Source: Lama guanicoe
Taxonomy: Eukaryota
Length of the DNA: 64,000 bases
NCBI GenBank assembly: GCA_013239625.1
Contig: MU053653.1
Span: 62,001 to 126,000, forward strand
Direction: 5' to 3'
Part shown: positions 25,801 through 39,089 of the stretch, piece after piece
How positions within the stretch are numbered: position 1 is the first letter of the stretch
How the letters are laid out: each line of letters opens with the position of its first letter
Translations under genes and position numbers: made by a program
Notes under the pieces: model-generated
The model's input: only the letters and a program-made list of their open reading frames with translations
The model's database searches: none
What the model was told of the DNA's origin: nothing

Positions 25801-27176
25801 GAATAAAATGTACCTAAGTACTTCAATATAGGAAGAGGACACTGTGCATGGAAGAGACACAGATTGGAAATTGGCAAGTGAAGAGATGTACTGTTTAATT
25901 AGCAGTCAAATTCAGGCAACTCAAAATGCCAAACTGGTGAAGTTAAAAAAAGAATCAACCTAAATTATTCAACACTGGTGAGGGTGTGTTGAGACACTGT
26001 TCTTATCAATTGCTGGTAAGAGTGAGCAATTTGGCAATGTGTATCATGGCTTCAAAAATTACAATTCGTGGTGCTTAAGACTTAAAGAATGAACAAGCCT
26101 GACGACGATTAAACCAGCCGCCGTGCACACGCACACTGTCAGGCAGCCAGCGGGGCTTGTGGTTTAGGGTTTACTTAGTTACCACGGGAGAAAGTATTCA
26201 ATATTAATGCTCAGTACAAAAGTCAGCTTGCAAGTTTATACAAAATATAACTGCAACTTTTCTGGACAAAATATATGCATACTCTAAACACAGGATTGGA
26301 AATAAGCGTAACAAAATTTTAACAGTGATTATCTCTGAGTGCTACAACTATGGAGGATTTATATTTTCTGGAATTTCCAGTTTTCTGCAGTAAGCATGCA
26401 TTAATTTTGCAAAAAGAAACAAATATTTATAAACATCACAAAGACTATGGAGACATCTGTACTAGGCACCTCAAGTAAATGGCTTATTGAGAATTTAAAA
26501 TACATAGAGCTTTAAGGGCCTGGTCTCAGAACAAGAGGAAAACATATCAGCTTGCATGTTTCTGGGAAAAGAAGCAACGTTTTGCTGACTACTCTGCAGC
26601 AGCGTCTACCAAAGTGTGTTCTGGGAACTTCAGTGCTGTAAGTGTTATCACATAATATTGGGAAGAAGTATGGAATTGTGGAAATGTTCCCTGGCTATCA
26701 ATTTTGGGTACAAAAGGAAAATAAAATAGTTCTTCTCTTAAGCCTTTGAAAGCTGAGTGTCTGAAATGCTGTTATCTTCAGTTGTAATAGTCGTATGTTT
26801 TAGATTCCAAATTGTAGAGGAAACAATTCTGGGCCCAATGCATGTTTTAGCCTAAATAGAAGGCCATCTTCAGAGTGCCTATGTAGAGGCTTCAATAAGG
26901 GCATAGAATCTGCTGAGGCTCTTATTTAAATAGTATTTGACCCAGACTCTAGGGTTCCAAGCACTTGGCATGGAAGAGGCCACCTCAGTGTGTAAATTTT
27001 AGGGCAGACATTACCAATTTACCCCTTCAGCCGTAATCAGATCACAACCTGGCTCCTGTGGGAGATTGGACTTCGTTTAGTGTCTTGAAGTATAATTTAG
27101 CTATAGACAATGTCATTGTTGGAGGTTGAATGGGGTTCTTTAGTTCTGTCCATTTAAATCTGGGGCAGCGTTGTCC

Positions 27177-27280
27177 AATACGTGGAATGCCTCAGGGGTT
27201 TGCACGTCATCTTCGCCCAGGGCCATGCCCGCCTCCTCTGCTCTGTTCCAGCTCCCAGACACTTGCAGCCCAGGAAGCAC
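27177..27280 (-). pseudogene. Full-length diverged U6 snRNA retropseudogene
   Basis: Aligns end to end with the U6 reverse complement (TGGAA.GC.TCA....TTTGC..GTCATC.T.GC.CAGGGCCATGC....CT.CTCTG....GTTCCA ... GCAC), roughly 65-70% identity by eye. Confidence 0.85.
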
Positions 27281-30200
27281 CACGGACTGGCCAGACATCT
27301 GGGAGATAAGACATTTGGTCATGAGTTCCGAGCGTGAATTTGTCGGAAACAGCCTGTTGCCTTCCGGCTTGAGAAACTAGTCTTCCTGTTGCTCAAGGGA
27401 CAGAATTCTGAGCGCCGTCCTCAGGCCTCAGCAGCGTGTCTCTGACCTGCAGGTGGTCGTGCAGCTCTGAACAAGCAGGGAGGCACTGTGTTTCCAGGGT
27501 GCAGCGTCAGGCTGGGGCAATCAGAGGGTGCTGGGTGCAGTTCAGATGGACAGGCGAGAGGGCAGGGGCTCTGGCACGGGGTGGGGGACACCACAGGGGA
27601 GGGAAGAAGAGCCAATGTCCACACTTCAAAAGGGAGGAAAAACTAGATTCTGGGGGATGCTCAATCCCTGAAAAAGTCTGAAACACATTATTAAAGAGTT
27701 ATCTTTAAATTGTCTTTTGTTTTGTTCTGTTTTGAGAGTGTGCAAACCAGGCTAGTGGGCCCAAATAGCAGGTGGAAAGTGGCATTAGAAAAAGCCTGGG
27801 TCTCTCCTTGGCTGAGGCGGAGAACCTGGAGCGCTGGCCTTGAGGAAAACAAGTGGGCTGAGGACAGCCTCACCACGTCCGTGACGAGTGTCTTGAAGGA
27901 CCTCTGCTCTTTGTGCCCCAAGGAGGAGGCAGCTGAGTGCACCAGTACCAGGCTGAAGGGGGCCTGGGAGCAGGCAGGGCTTCTCAGGAACGAGGCTCCC
28001 AAACTGGGGAGGTGAGGCTGAGCCGTGGCCAGGCGGGCGGGTGGGATGCTCTGCGCAGAGAGAAGAGAAAGGAGACAGAGGCAGCAGGGACGGGGTACCC
28101 TGGCATCCGGGCTGGAGTGAGCCTTCCTGTCAGCCGTGGATGGTGCTGGTGTGGGCCACCTGCCCCTCTGCAGGGATGATGGGGTCACCCGAGGGTGGGT
28201 GTTGTAATACGTAGCAGAACAGAAGGGTGCCAGGCAGCCCGCGTCCCACTGGGCATTGCAGACCCGGGGACCCAGCCTTCCGCTGCCTCCGCCCCAGCCC
28301 TCCAGTGGTCCAGGTCTCAGGTCTGCAGACTGAGGAGCACGCTGCCACTACTAAGTGCTGACAAAGCCACTCTCTGAGCACTAACTCGGCTGGGCGTGGG
28401 AAGAGTCTGCATGAACAAACACCACGCCCACCGGGGACGCACGTCAGCACAAACCACAGAGGCCTGAGGGGCCCCCTCCCTCGTCCCAGGGCCGCGCCTC
28501 TGGGCCCCTCAGCTCCCTGCGCTTCCCTGTCCACCCACTTCGGGGTTCAGGAGATGACATATTTGTGTAGTGTTCATGAATAATTATGTGCCAACAGGGT
28601 TTTCCTCTGTGGTTCTCATCCACTTAAATCCACAGCAGAAATCACTCTTGTGCGCACTGCTCTGCTCTCAATTTGTATAAAAATATCTTCAAACCTGAAC
28701 ATTGGGCATTGAATAGAAAACTAATTTCTGGTTCAGCCTGTCCTGCTCTTTGAGTTGACCCCGGTGTCGTGTGGATGTCCAGCACTGGGCTGCCGACCCT
28801 TTAAGTCGGCCTCATGACTGTGTGCCAGACTCACTGGCTGAACAGAACAGAACCAGCAGGCTGCCCCACAGGGATGGCAGTGCTTCCTGGCCCACCTGTT
28901 TCAGGCTTAATTTCAGCAGCTGATCTCCTGTTCTCAGCATTTCCTTCCTGCAGGCAGGTCTTCCTGATGCAGACAGGTCTGCTTCTGCCAGGCTCCACAC
29001 CACTTACCCCATCAGCTCCACCCTCTAGAACCACGCAGACTCCGGTGTTAGGGGGAAGCCACGGTCACCGCTGCATCAGGCTGTGGGCTGACTCATTAGA
29101 CAGAGATGGTGGTGCTCGCCTCAGGTGAACGCTCTCATCGGGCAAGGTGGGGAGGGGCCTCAAGCTCTTTTCTGAGTCTCTATATCTTGCTGTACGTCAG
29201 TTCTTTCCAGCCCCTAAAGGTCGAGAGACAAACACTGCAACAGTGTTTGCTGCGCTGGGGAGGGGAGAAATGTTTGTGTCTGTGTTCCCATGAGATAATA
29301 CCTAGGGTAAATTTAAGTATAATTTTCAAATAGCTTATTCCAGAAATACGAATCTACATCACTTTTCAATGCAAAACACTTCTTAACCAAATAGTCATTC
29401 TAAAATTGGTAAAGTTTTGGGGGGAAAAGTGAAAAAAACTGGGGGGAAGAAAACGTGTGGATAACTTTGAATGTGAGGAATGCCCCTGTGTTCATGGCCC
29501 GAACAGGAGAAATCATACAATGATGACAAACAGTTGTGCCTCCAAGCCCTTCTTGTGGGAAACTGCACTTGTTCCTGTTGATAATGGCAAAAGTGAGTGA
29601 AGACGACTGCACTTTCCTCAGTGTGCAGTGGGGGTGCGAGGGGCGGGGGCGGCCATCCCAAAAGCTGTCAGCAGCAGTGTGTCCAGTCTGTCCCTCCAGA
29701 CACGTGGGAATAAAGGCCACCAGTGATGACAGTAGGAGCCCAGGAAGTGTGGCAAAGCGGGGAGCCACGCGATGAGGATCGGGTCACCGCTGACGGGATG
29801 TGCGGTCCGTTTTCATTAGGCTGCTTCTCCCTAGCCCTTCCTCCCGTGCACACTGCTTCTTTGTTTCCTGACACCCCCTCAGCAGCTCCTTCAGACAGCT
29901 CCCCCCCCCCATCGGAAAAGCCTGCCTTTTCCCTTCCTGTCACCTTCCTCACTTCCCTTTGCTAGCTCCCTTCTTCTGGAAGCTTCCTTTTCCTCTGATT
30001 CCCTACTCCTTTCCAGCACTGCTCCTCTCAAGGGATGTCCTGCTGGTGACAGAGAGGAAATTCAACTTCAGCGTTCAGCAACAGAGACACACCTGCTCAG
30101 TTACGCGGCTGCACTGAGTCTGTGAAAAACCTTTGGAATTCTGTGTGTTTACACTGTTTGGAACTGGAACTTAATGAATCTGCAGATTCGAAGTTTCTCT

Positions 30201-31819
30201 GCCACCTTGCTTTGACTGTGGCCCCTTCCCTGCTCCCCCCTGAAACACCGGCTTGTGTGCTGGGCTTCCTCACTCTAGTCCCCAGGTCTCTTGCTTCACT
30301 TTCCTGGGTTTGATTTCTTCTCTCTGCTTCAGTTCCCTCAAGTGCAACTCTCACTTATACCAGACCTCTCTCTAGATGTGTATATCCTGCTATTTGACTC
30401 TACGATTTCATTTCTGGAAGTTCTACATGGTACTTTTTCAAACTCCCCATGCCCCCTTATTTTTAAATAAGATCTTACTCTTTTTTTTTTTTAGAAATTT
30501 GATTCATTTATATTCGTAATGGTTTGACATATTTTTACATTCTCTTGCATTTTGCTGTTCTGTTACCTCCAATGTTCACAGCTCTAACCTTGCTGCTCCT
30601 TCATGTGCTTTCACTCACTTTAGGTGTTTCTACGGGTGTTTTGTCATTTTGATTATGAGCCGCTTGAGTGGGGCTTGTTTCCACCATGAGAATTCCTTGT
30701 GGCTTTGTTGTGAAAGTCCTTCCAGACCCATTTTGCAACCAATTTTATGATACTATCATGGCTTGGAGGTCCTAGGGTAGCGTAAGTTCAAGCTCCCCGC
30801 TCTTTTTGAAGAGAAGGCCTGGATTCCTGAACTATCAGGGAGACATTTCTTTCACCCGGTGCCTAAGCAGGTGAACTTCCTTCCAACAGGCTGTCCCCAC
30901 GGGCGAGTTTTTCCGAGCCCACCCTTCTTATGCGAAGAGGGTTCTGGAACTAAGTATTGCATGTAGGTGGTGTTCTCAGCTCTGGTTACCCTCCTTGTGG
31001 GGACTTAAAGTCTGGTTTTCTGTTGACTGGGACCACCCCTCACCGAGGGCAGCACACGCAGCTCACACAGGTACGGTGCAGGTTTTCGCTCCTTCCTAGT
31101 TTATGACACCTGGCAACTACCCCGCCCCACCCCGTCCCAGCCCGCCCCACAAGTCTTCTGTTTAAAGATCAGCCTTGCTTTAAAAGGTTGTTCTATTTCT
31201 AGCAGTCCTAACAATTTTAGACAATTTAAGTCAGCCAGATTTAGAATCAGTCTTGCCAGATATAGAAACATCACCAATAAAATCGTTTTAACTGTCAAGT
31301 ATGTAAGGGTGTTTCTCCTTATAAGTGGTGACTGGATTGCCAGGCTGAGCTGCTGGTGTTTTAAAGGCATGTTTTGCATCATTCTATGCTGTAGACGCTG
31401 CACATCTGTCAGGTCTAGAGGCCAAATGTGCGCTAACCTCTGGGCGCTTGAGGACACCGTCCTCTCGGGGGGCAGTGTTGCGGCTGCGCAGAGCGGTACT
31501 TGTGCCGCCTCCTCCGGGCTCCGGCCCAGGCCTGCCGCGAATCCTGCTGGACGGCGGGCTGGCTGTTTTCTGAACCTCAGTCTTTCCGGGTATGAAATCG
31601 GGACAGTCACCCCCGCCGTGCTGATCATAGTGAGGACTAAGTGCGGCCCTGCACGTGAAGCTCCTGGACTTGGCGATGCCTGGCGCACAGTAACTGCTGC
31701 CAGTAAGCAGGGTTCTTGCCACTGTTCCCTCCCCGCCGCGAGGCTGAGAGCGGCGACAACATCGTTCGTAAGCTCACCAACACCTCAGGTTCAGAGCCCA
31801 GCTTTCTGGGCCTCCTCCT

Positions 31820-32329
31820 TGTTACCTGAGTCATCCTATAAAAGAGACGTTCACATATTGAGATACCGGGAACTCGTTCTGGCTTAGACAGGCATTAACT
31901 TGAATTTCATGCTCACTAAAATAGCCTGTCTATGGCCCATCAAACATACATTGTACATCTGCTTTACTTAAGAAAGAAAAGGGCACAGTGACCAGAAGTA
32001 AAGAACATCCATGTTAAAAATAAAGATTAAGTGCCCTCTTCCTGGGATGCCAGCGCTGGTCCCCCTCCCAGGTGCCAAGGCTGCACTGCATGTGCTGTAT
32101 GTGCACGGGCTGGTCTGTGGTTTTCTTTTTGAAACTTGGAGAAATGTATTCCTGAGTTGTTCAGTGTTCTTTGTCCTGACAAGATATAAAACTGCTGGAA
32201 CCTCTGCTTCTCCGGAGCAGTTTCTCAGAGTCATCTGGGAAGCGGGCTTCTGGGCTAGTCCTTAGTTTGGCTCAAATAAAACTTTTTTCTATTCTTAGTA
32301 TTGATTGTTTATTGATTATTTTTGTTGGC
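31820..32329 (+). mobile_element. ERV-type solo LTR
   Basis: TG...CA ends; TATA-like gatataaaa at ~32183; AATAAA at ~32275 followed by a T-rich U5. Confidence 0.7.
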
Positions 32330-32903
32330 ACATCCAAGGTGAGTAAGTTGGGAGGTCGAGGAAAGCCTCGGTTCAAACCCAGCCCTGCTGCCTGCTGGCC
32401 ATGACCATGTGACAGCCCCCGAACTCATTGTCCTTTGCCATAAAATGGGGATCTGAGCATCTTGCTTATGGGGTGACCACGGGGAAGAAGGAAGGTGGGA
32501 ATCCCACACAGAGCGGCGTGAGGGGGTCCAAGCACAGAACCTCATGCCCTCAGCAAGCAGGGCCTCTCATTTCTCCTTCCTGCTTCCAGCATCTCCCCAG
32601 CTCCTGCTCAGTGAATGCTGGGCTGAGTGGGACGAAGGGAACCAGGAAGGAGAAATGAGACCCAATGCAGAATGGCAGGCAGCAGCACAAAGCCAGCAGG
32701 GAGCCCAGGACCCACCAGCCAGGCTGCGGCCCCGACCCCGAGCTGCCCCCAGCTGCCCGCATTGGGGGGAGAGGCGGGGGAGTGGCCACCGGGCGAGGAC
32801 GAAGAGGCCTAGGGAGCTGGCAGAGGGTGTGGAGAAATCTTGAACTCGACGTTTCCATTTCAGTAGGAACCGGAGACGTTCCAGGGATTAAAACAGTTTT
32901 TCC

Positions 32904-33085
32904 GTGAACAAGATGATACTGTGTAGCACAGGGAAATATACACAAGGTCTGGTGGTAGCTCATAGTGAAAAATAATGGGACAATGAACGTATATGTGTAT
33001 GTGTAACTGAAAAATTGTGCTCTGCACTGGAAATTGACACATTGTAAACTGACTATAACTCAATTTAAAAAAAGTAAAAAAAAAA
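32904..33085 (+). mobile_element. Short 5'-truncated camelid-type L1 3' end with TSD
   Basis: Homologous to 20910-21080; A tail; flanked by aaaacagtttttcc and aaagcagttcttcc. Confidence 0.9.
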
Positions 33086-33872
33086 GCAGTTCTTCCTTCT
33101 CAGGAGCTCGAGAGCCCTACTCGGGCAGTAGACGCACTGGTCACACAGCGTCAGGACAGACGCGCCTGAACTTTGGTTTGGAGCAACATCAGCTGGTTGC
33201 TCAAATACCCCAGCTTTGCAGCCTCGACCTCCGTCTCCTGTTCACTGTTTCCTTCTCTTTCTCGTGACAGCCTCCCATGCACAGCTTCTTCGGACCACAC
33301 GTATTGGCATGCCCGTTCTCACAGACGGGAAGCCGAGGGCCACAGACTCCACGGGGTTTGCCCAAGAGGAGGAGACGCCAACGTGTAGGGGTACTTGGCT
33401 CCAAAGATGCTTTGTCCGTTGTCCCAGGCAACTCCTGGCTCACTGTGTCCCATGCTGTGTCACCCTGAAAAGCCCAGCGGGGGAGGGTGGAGATCTGGGG
33501 CCCAGGCTCTCCTTCCTCTGACTGACAAGCTGTGTGAGCTCAGGGAAGTCACTTCCTCTGGGAGCTTGGCTTCTTCATCGATAAAACAAAGATTCACGTG
33601 GATGAGTCTAGGGCACCTTCCATCTCCAGCTTCTGTGATTCTCCTACCACGTTTTAGGGTAACTCAGGTTTCTGCCAGGCTATCTCCTGTGTCCCCTCAC
33701 AAACCCTCACCTGAGAACCCAGGAAACTGAGCGAGATGGAAAGATGAGGCAGGAGACTAATGCTTGCAGAGTTGTGCTGGGTGCTGTTAGCCAAAGTTCC
33801 TGATTTTCATGAAGGTCTGAGACTATCCTTACGATTAATTCCTGGCATTTACAAACTCTTCATCATTTCTAT

Positions 33873-34531
33873 TGTTGCCTATAGATGCAACCAGTGTTCC
33901 AGGTTCTTGTCCTGTCCCAGAAAGAATTCAGAGACAAGACATAGTAGTTAAAAAAGTAAGGTGAGGCTTTATTAAAGGATGGATGGTACAGTCTCAGGGG
34001 AAGAGCGGGCAGGCTCAGGGGAGCGGCTGCCCTGAGTTTCTTTGGCAAGTTAGTTACATGGGGTGTAAAAGTGAATGGGTGGAATATTCATTGGGGAGGG
34101 AAGGGTCTGGGGTCATATTCCCTGATTATCATCCCAACTCCACCTTCCCAGAGGGAGGAGGGGTTTTTGTCCTTATTTAGTCTGGATCGGAAGTGTCACG
34201 GCGTTGGTGCATGATGGGTACTTCTGATCTGCAAGGCTGATTTTATTGATATGAGGGCATAGTGAGCAAAAGGTTACATTCGGACCCTGGAGAGTCCTGC
34301 CTTTCCTCACCTTTCTTTGTTCTTCTCCAGGCCACTCATCACCCCAAACAGCTGTGATCCCTTAGCAGCCCAAAGGTTCCTGCTTTTCTTTCTCTGCCCA
34401 GGGACCCCTGGTGCTTACATGATGTGTGGTTTCCTGCATTTGGCCTGTGCCCCTCCTTTCTGCCCAATTCCTGCCATTTGGTCTGTGTCCCCATTTCTCT
34501 GCTCATATCTAGCTGTCTGCCTGCTCTAACA
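33873..34531 (-). mobile_element. ERV1-class solo LTR, 659 bp
   Basis: TGTT...AACA termini; exact 4-bp TSD CTAT (33869-33872 and 34532-34535); minus-strand AATAAA at ~33968. Confidence 0.9.
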
Positions 34532-35812
34532 CTATGACTTGTGTTCTTTCTACTTCTCTATATCTAGAATGCATTCTTCTGGCCCTTTCCCCACCACCAA
34601 ACTCAAGCTAGAGTAATTTACCATGGATAGACCCACCAGAATTACCTGCTATGTCGATTTTTTGGTAAAAAGCTGGAGAGAAGAAGGCTGGGTAGGAAAG
34701 TAAGCATAAAAGGAGGGAGCAACGAGGATTCTCCCTATTAACACTCGGTGCACTGGGGGTGTCATATCACCTCCCTGGAGATGGTTTTTTGACTTAATAG
34801 TCTGGACCAAGGTCATGAAATCTTGATTCTTTTTGTGAAAAGGGATTAAAAACAAGATCTTTTCTGCTTCTTTCTGTGACTCCCGGGAACCTTTGTGCAG
34901 TGTGGGAATGTCTTGTCAATAATCACTTCTGACGCTAAATTCAGGGTTAGGCTCTGTGGGTGACGTGTTCCCTCCAGAAGGGACTGGGTGGGGAAGAGCT
35001 GAGAAGACTTTGCTCTTGGCCTATAACTTTAAAGTGCAACTGGCAGTTCAAATTCTTGTCCCACATGGCTTCTCTGCCTCAAGTTTTGTGAGAAGTCTTA
35101 GGGACCAGACTTTAAGACAATTACGAGACACTGTCTGAAGAGCCCACACCCACCCCGCTGCGCGGTCCTCTGGTGGTAGCTGGGGCCCTCCCGAGTTCAC
35201 ATTGTGTTGAGAGGCCAAGGACGCTCTCGGGGTGATGTTCAGCCCTCCTTCCCACTAGACCTGAAGACTGTAAAACTCCTGGGCACAAAAAATTCTGTTA
35301 AGTTCACACCAGTTCAAAAGATTTCTCAAAGCCTTGCTGCTGTATCTGACAAACACCAAAGTTTCAGTGGCTTAGCACCACTGAGGTTTACTTCTCACGT
35401 CAAGTCTGGAGGGGACAGGGTGGGAGGGCACACTTTCCTCACAGCCCACCTGGAGGGCTGAGGGAGGCTCTGCTGTGCGGCCTCACCCTGCGCCTCCACA
35501 CCTAGCAGGGGAAGATGAAAGAGCGGGCAGGGAGGCCTTCCAGGAAGGCGCCCTGGCCCAGCCCCGCCGGTAGCCCAGACACCGCACACGCTCCAACCTG
35601 CTGCTAGCAGCCGGGGAAGTGGAGCTCCTGGCGGGTTGGATGGCTCCTCGGGGCTGCCCCTGGCTGCTTCTGCCGCACCCACTGCACTGTGCGCTGGGGC
35701 CGGGGTGGGAGGCGAGAACAGTCACGACCCTCCGTCTATCATTTCTCACCCCTCACACGCGTCCCCCCTTTCCTCCTGATGCAGGAAAACGGATGCGGGG
35801 CCTGAGATGGGC

Positions 35813-36260
35813 TGTGTCCCAGGCTTCGGTTGAGCCCCTGGAACCTGCCGCCAGGTGTGGGTCCTTGGCTTCGCACAGGAAAGAGTTCAAGAGCGAGCCA
35901 CGGTTGAGTAAAGGTAGAATTATTCAGACAGATACATTGAAAGGCAAGAAGAGAAAGGCCACGAGGTGTGGGGGTTGGGTGCTCAGATTAAAAGTAGGCA
36001 CACACTCCATAGACAGAATGTGGGCTGTCTCCGAAGAGGGAGAGAGAGAGAGGGACGGCAGTAACGCGCCGCGTTGCTAGATTTTGTGGGCTTGGTGTTC
36101 TGAGGGCGTATAATGAAGCTCAAGCTCTGCTAGAAGCTAGATCTCCCATCATCCTGAGCCTCAGAGGCCTCCTGGGGGTTGACTCTTTCACCGTTTTGAT
36201 GTGAATTGCTCTGGCCTTCCTTGAATGGCTGTGCCCTGCCCCTCTCCTGGCCCACTTCAG
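35813..36260 (-). mobile_element. ERV LTR (related type, more diverged)
   Basis: gggtccttggcttcgcacaggaaagagttcaagagcgagcc...gtagaattattcag resembles the antisense U5/R layout of the 33873 LTR. Confidence 0.6.
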
Positions 36261-39089
36261 CACTGCAGGGACCATTCAGGTTGAAGCCAGTCTGAAAGCA
36301 CAGGCTGAAAGGAAATCAGTATTTGCCCCCACCCCACACGGAGCCTCAATGACCTCGGTTCAGGCGCAGCACCACCTCCCCCAGGGCGGGTCACCCACCA
36401 CTGCCCCGCCTGGGGTTCCGGGCCCCTCCGGGCCCCTCTGAGAGGAGCTGCTGTTCGCGCGGCGCCATCCGGCGGTGGAGACGAGTCATTGCAGGCTGAC
36501 ATCGACCCCACCCCCACCCTAGGAGGATTCAGATTTCCTCCTTGGCGTCTTCTGACCCAAGGCCAAGCAAGGCTCGGTTTCAGCCGGAGCAGGACTGTGT
36601 TTTCTCCCTCATATCCCCGGAGCGCCTGACGATGCATAGACTTGCTGGTTACTTATCGAAACTCAAGACAGCTACTGCCAACTTTTTTGTGTCCATCTTC
36701 TACCAGGCATCTTACTGTTGCGTTCACATGTGTTATCTCAAGTAAACTTTCCGCAGCTCAGTGCCAAACCCGGGCTTCCTAGGGACTGGAGGTTGTAATT
36801 ACAGGTCAGGGAGTGCGAGAAATGGGCTCTGAACTCAAGTCTTCTATTTTAAAATCCTATTTTTTCCCCTATTATTTTATGTACTTAAATGATTTTCTGT
36901 TAAATAAAACCCAATACTGGAACCCTTGCACATTTCAGTTGACATGTAAACTGTTTCATCTTTAGGTTTCAGTAGTTGCAGTTGGCAGTCATCCTCTTGT
37001 GTGTCTGTGAGGAAGGTATGTATATATAGACACAACCACATATACGCAGTCTGTATATATATAAGTGAAATTACTTCTTTCTGTGACTGTAAGATCTTCT
37101 AAGCGCTAAAAGCTTCTTTCTGGATTGACATACTATTAGACCTATCACGAGACATACTTGATTAAAATGACATGAGCTTGTTTGGAGGTGCTGTGGGCGC
37201 CTGGGGATGGGGTGCAGGAGACCCCCTCTGGCAGAGGCTTCAGATCACGGCACTTTGGAGCTCTCGGACAGACGTCGTCAGCTCTGGGCGCCGGCTCCCC
37301 GGTCAGCGCCTCGCTGGTGTCTGCTCAGAGGGCCTGCTCCGCTTCTTCCTCCCAGTCCTGGCTCCTGCCCCTCCCCTTACAGGTGTGAGTCCCCAGAAAC
37401 ATCTCGTGCCTCAAAGTGCGTCTCCGTGTCTGCTGCAGGGAGACTCGGCCTCAGACACTAAACGTCCCAGGTGCAGACCCCCTGGGGAGGCTGGAGGGCA
37501 GCTCAGAGCTTGGGTTCAAAGAACATGTCGGGCCCCAAATCCATCACCGCCCCTCTCTCCCCACGCCATGCTCAAGGACTCTGAAAGGCCTGGTTTCCTG
37601 AAGCACATAATGCTTTGAAGATACCAGACAATCAATAATACACTCGAAACATCTAATGAAAATCAAGATCGCTTTCCATGTTGTTCACGAGAGTGTGGAG
37701 GGAACAGTGAGGGAGGTTCTCCAGGAAGGGGCGCTTCTGTCTCAGGTGGGCTGTGCGTGAAGTGTTTCAAGCTGCCCCAGAAAGAGACAGGAAGCTTGCA
37801 CTCTGGGCTGCTAATGCCATCTTAGCCTGAAATACATAACAGCAACAATAAAACAATATTTCAATAGGGAACATTTATGAAGTGCTCACTGTGTCAAAGC
37901 TCCCTAGAGAGTTTACGTATATTTGCTCATCTAACCCTCAGACAACACCAAGCTAAGTATTATTACTAAAACCGACAGACAGAACGAGGAAGAGGGTGTC
38001 AGAGGCTACACTTACTGGACGTTTACTCTACTCAGGTCATTGCACTAAGAAAGTAACTTGTAACATCTCATTTCATCCTGCCGTGACCGAGTGATTTACA
38101 CATCATTGTCCTACAGATGAGGAACACCTCAACCAGGAAGTGGCAGAGCCAGCTGTGAGCAGCTCCTCCCTGGGGAAGAGGGAACCTGGGTCCTCGGGCC
38201 CCTCCAGGGAGTTTTAATTTGGTCCCTTCCTCCTCTGTGCGTGACATGCAAATGTCCTCGCCAGGGTGGGGCAGCAGTCTCACCTCTGCAACAGGTCATG
38301 GCCCTCCGGGTGAAGCTGAGTGCAGGTAAGCCTGCTCTGCAATGATTAAGGGGGTGGAGGGGATGACTTTGAATCAGTCCTCTGAGCTTCCTGATACCAG
38401 AGCAGAGCTTGGAAAACTGGGGGCCGGCTGGGAGGCTGGGCTGTCAACACGAGGAAGGAAGGAATGCAGGGCGGGACTGGGCAGAGCTGCAAGTTCTGGG
38501 GCCGACCCTCCTGCACGGGGACAGACGGGTGGGCCGGGCCGGGCGCGCCTCCAAGACGGAAATGCTGTGGTGTTTTCCCCAGAGACACTGCCCGCGCTGG
38601 GGAAACAACACGGGCTCTTCACAAAAGTGGCAGAGACCCAGAGCTTCACCCGAGAGGCAGGGCTAGGGCTGGGACTGCGCAGAGCCGGCTGAGAGTCTCA
38701 GCTCAGACGTGATTCACAGGCACACAGGCCCTTTGAGAAGGGAGAAGTCCTGCCAACCAAATCCTGCGTGGAGGCAGCACGGGACGTGGAGAAAAGGCGC
38801 CTTCCAGGAGTACCTTATTTTCTCGGTTCAGATTTCTTAAACTAACTTCCTATGAGTGTCCGGCGAGATGGCAGGGCTCTTCTGACGGACCCGACGGGCG
38901 TTCTGAGGTGGGGTGGACGGCACTGGCCAGCTTCTCACTTGTCTGGGTCGGTGGCACATTATTGAGAAAAGTCCACAGTCACGCAGATGTACCATTGCAA
39001 GTTCCCAAAGTTTAGATGTGTCTTGGTTTGGGATCAGGAAATTTCAAAATTAGGGCAGGAGAGTTATTTTGGAGTCTATGTTAAGATAT

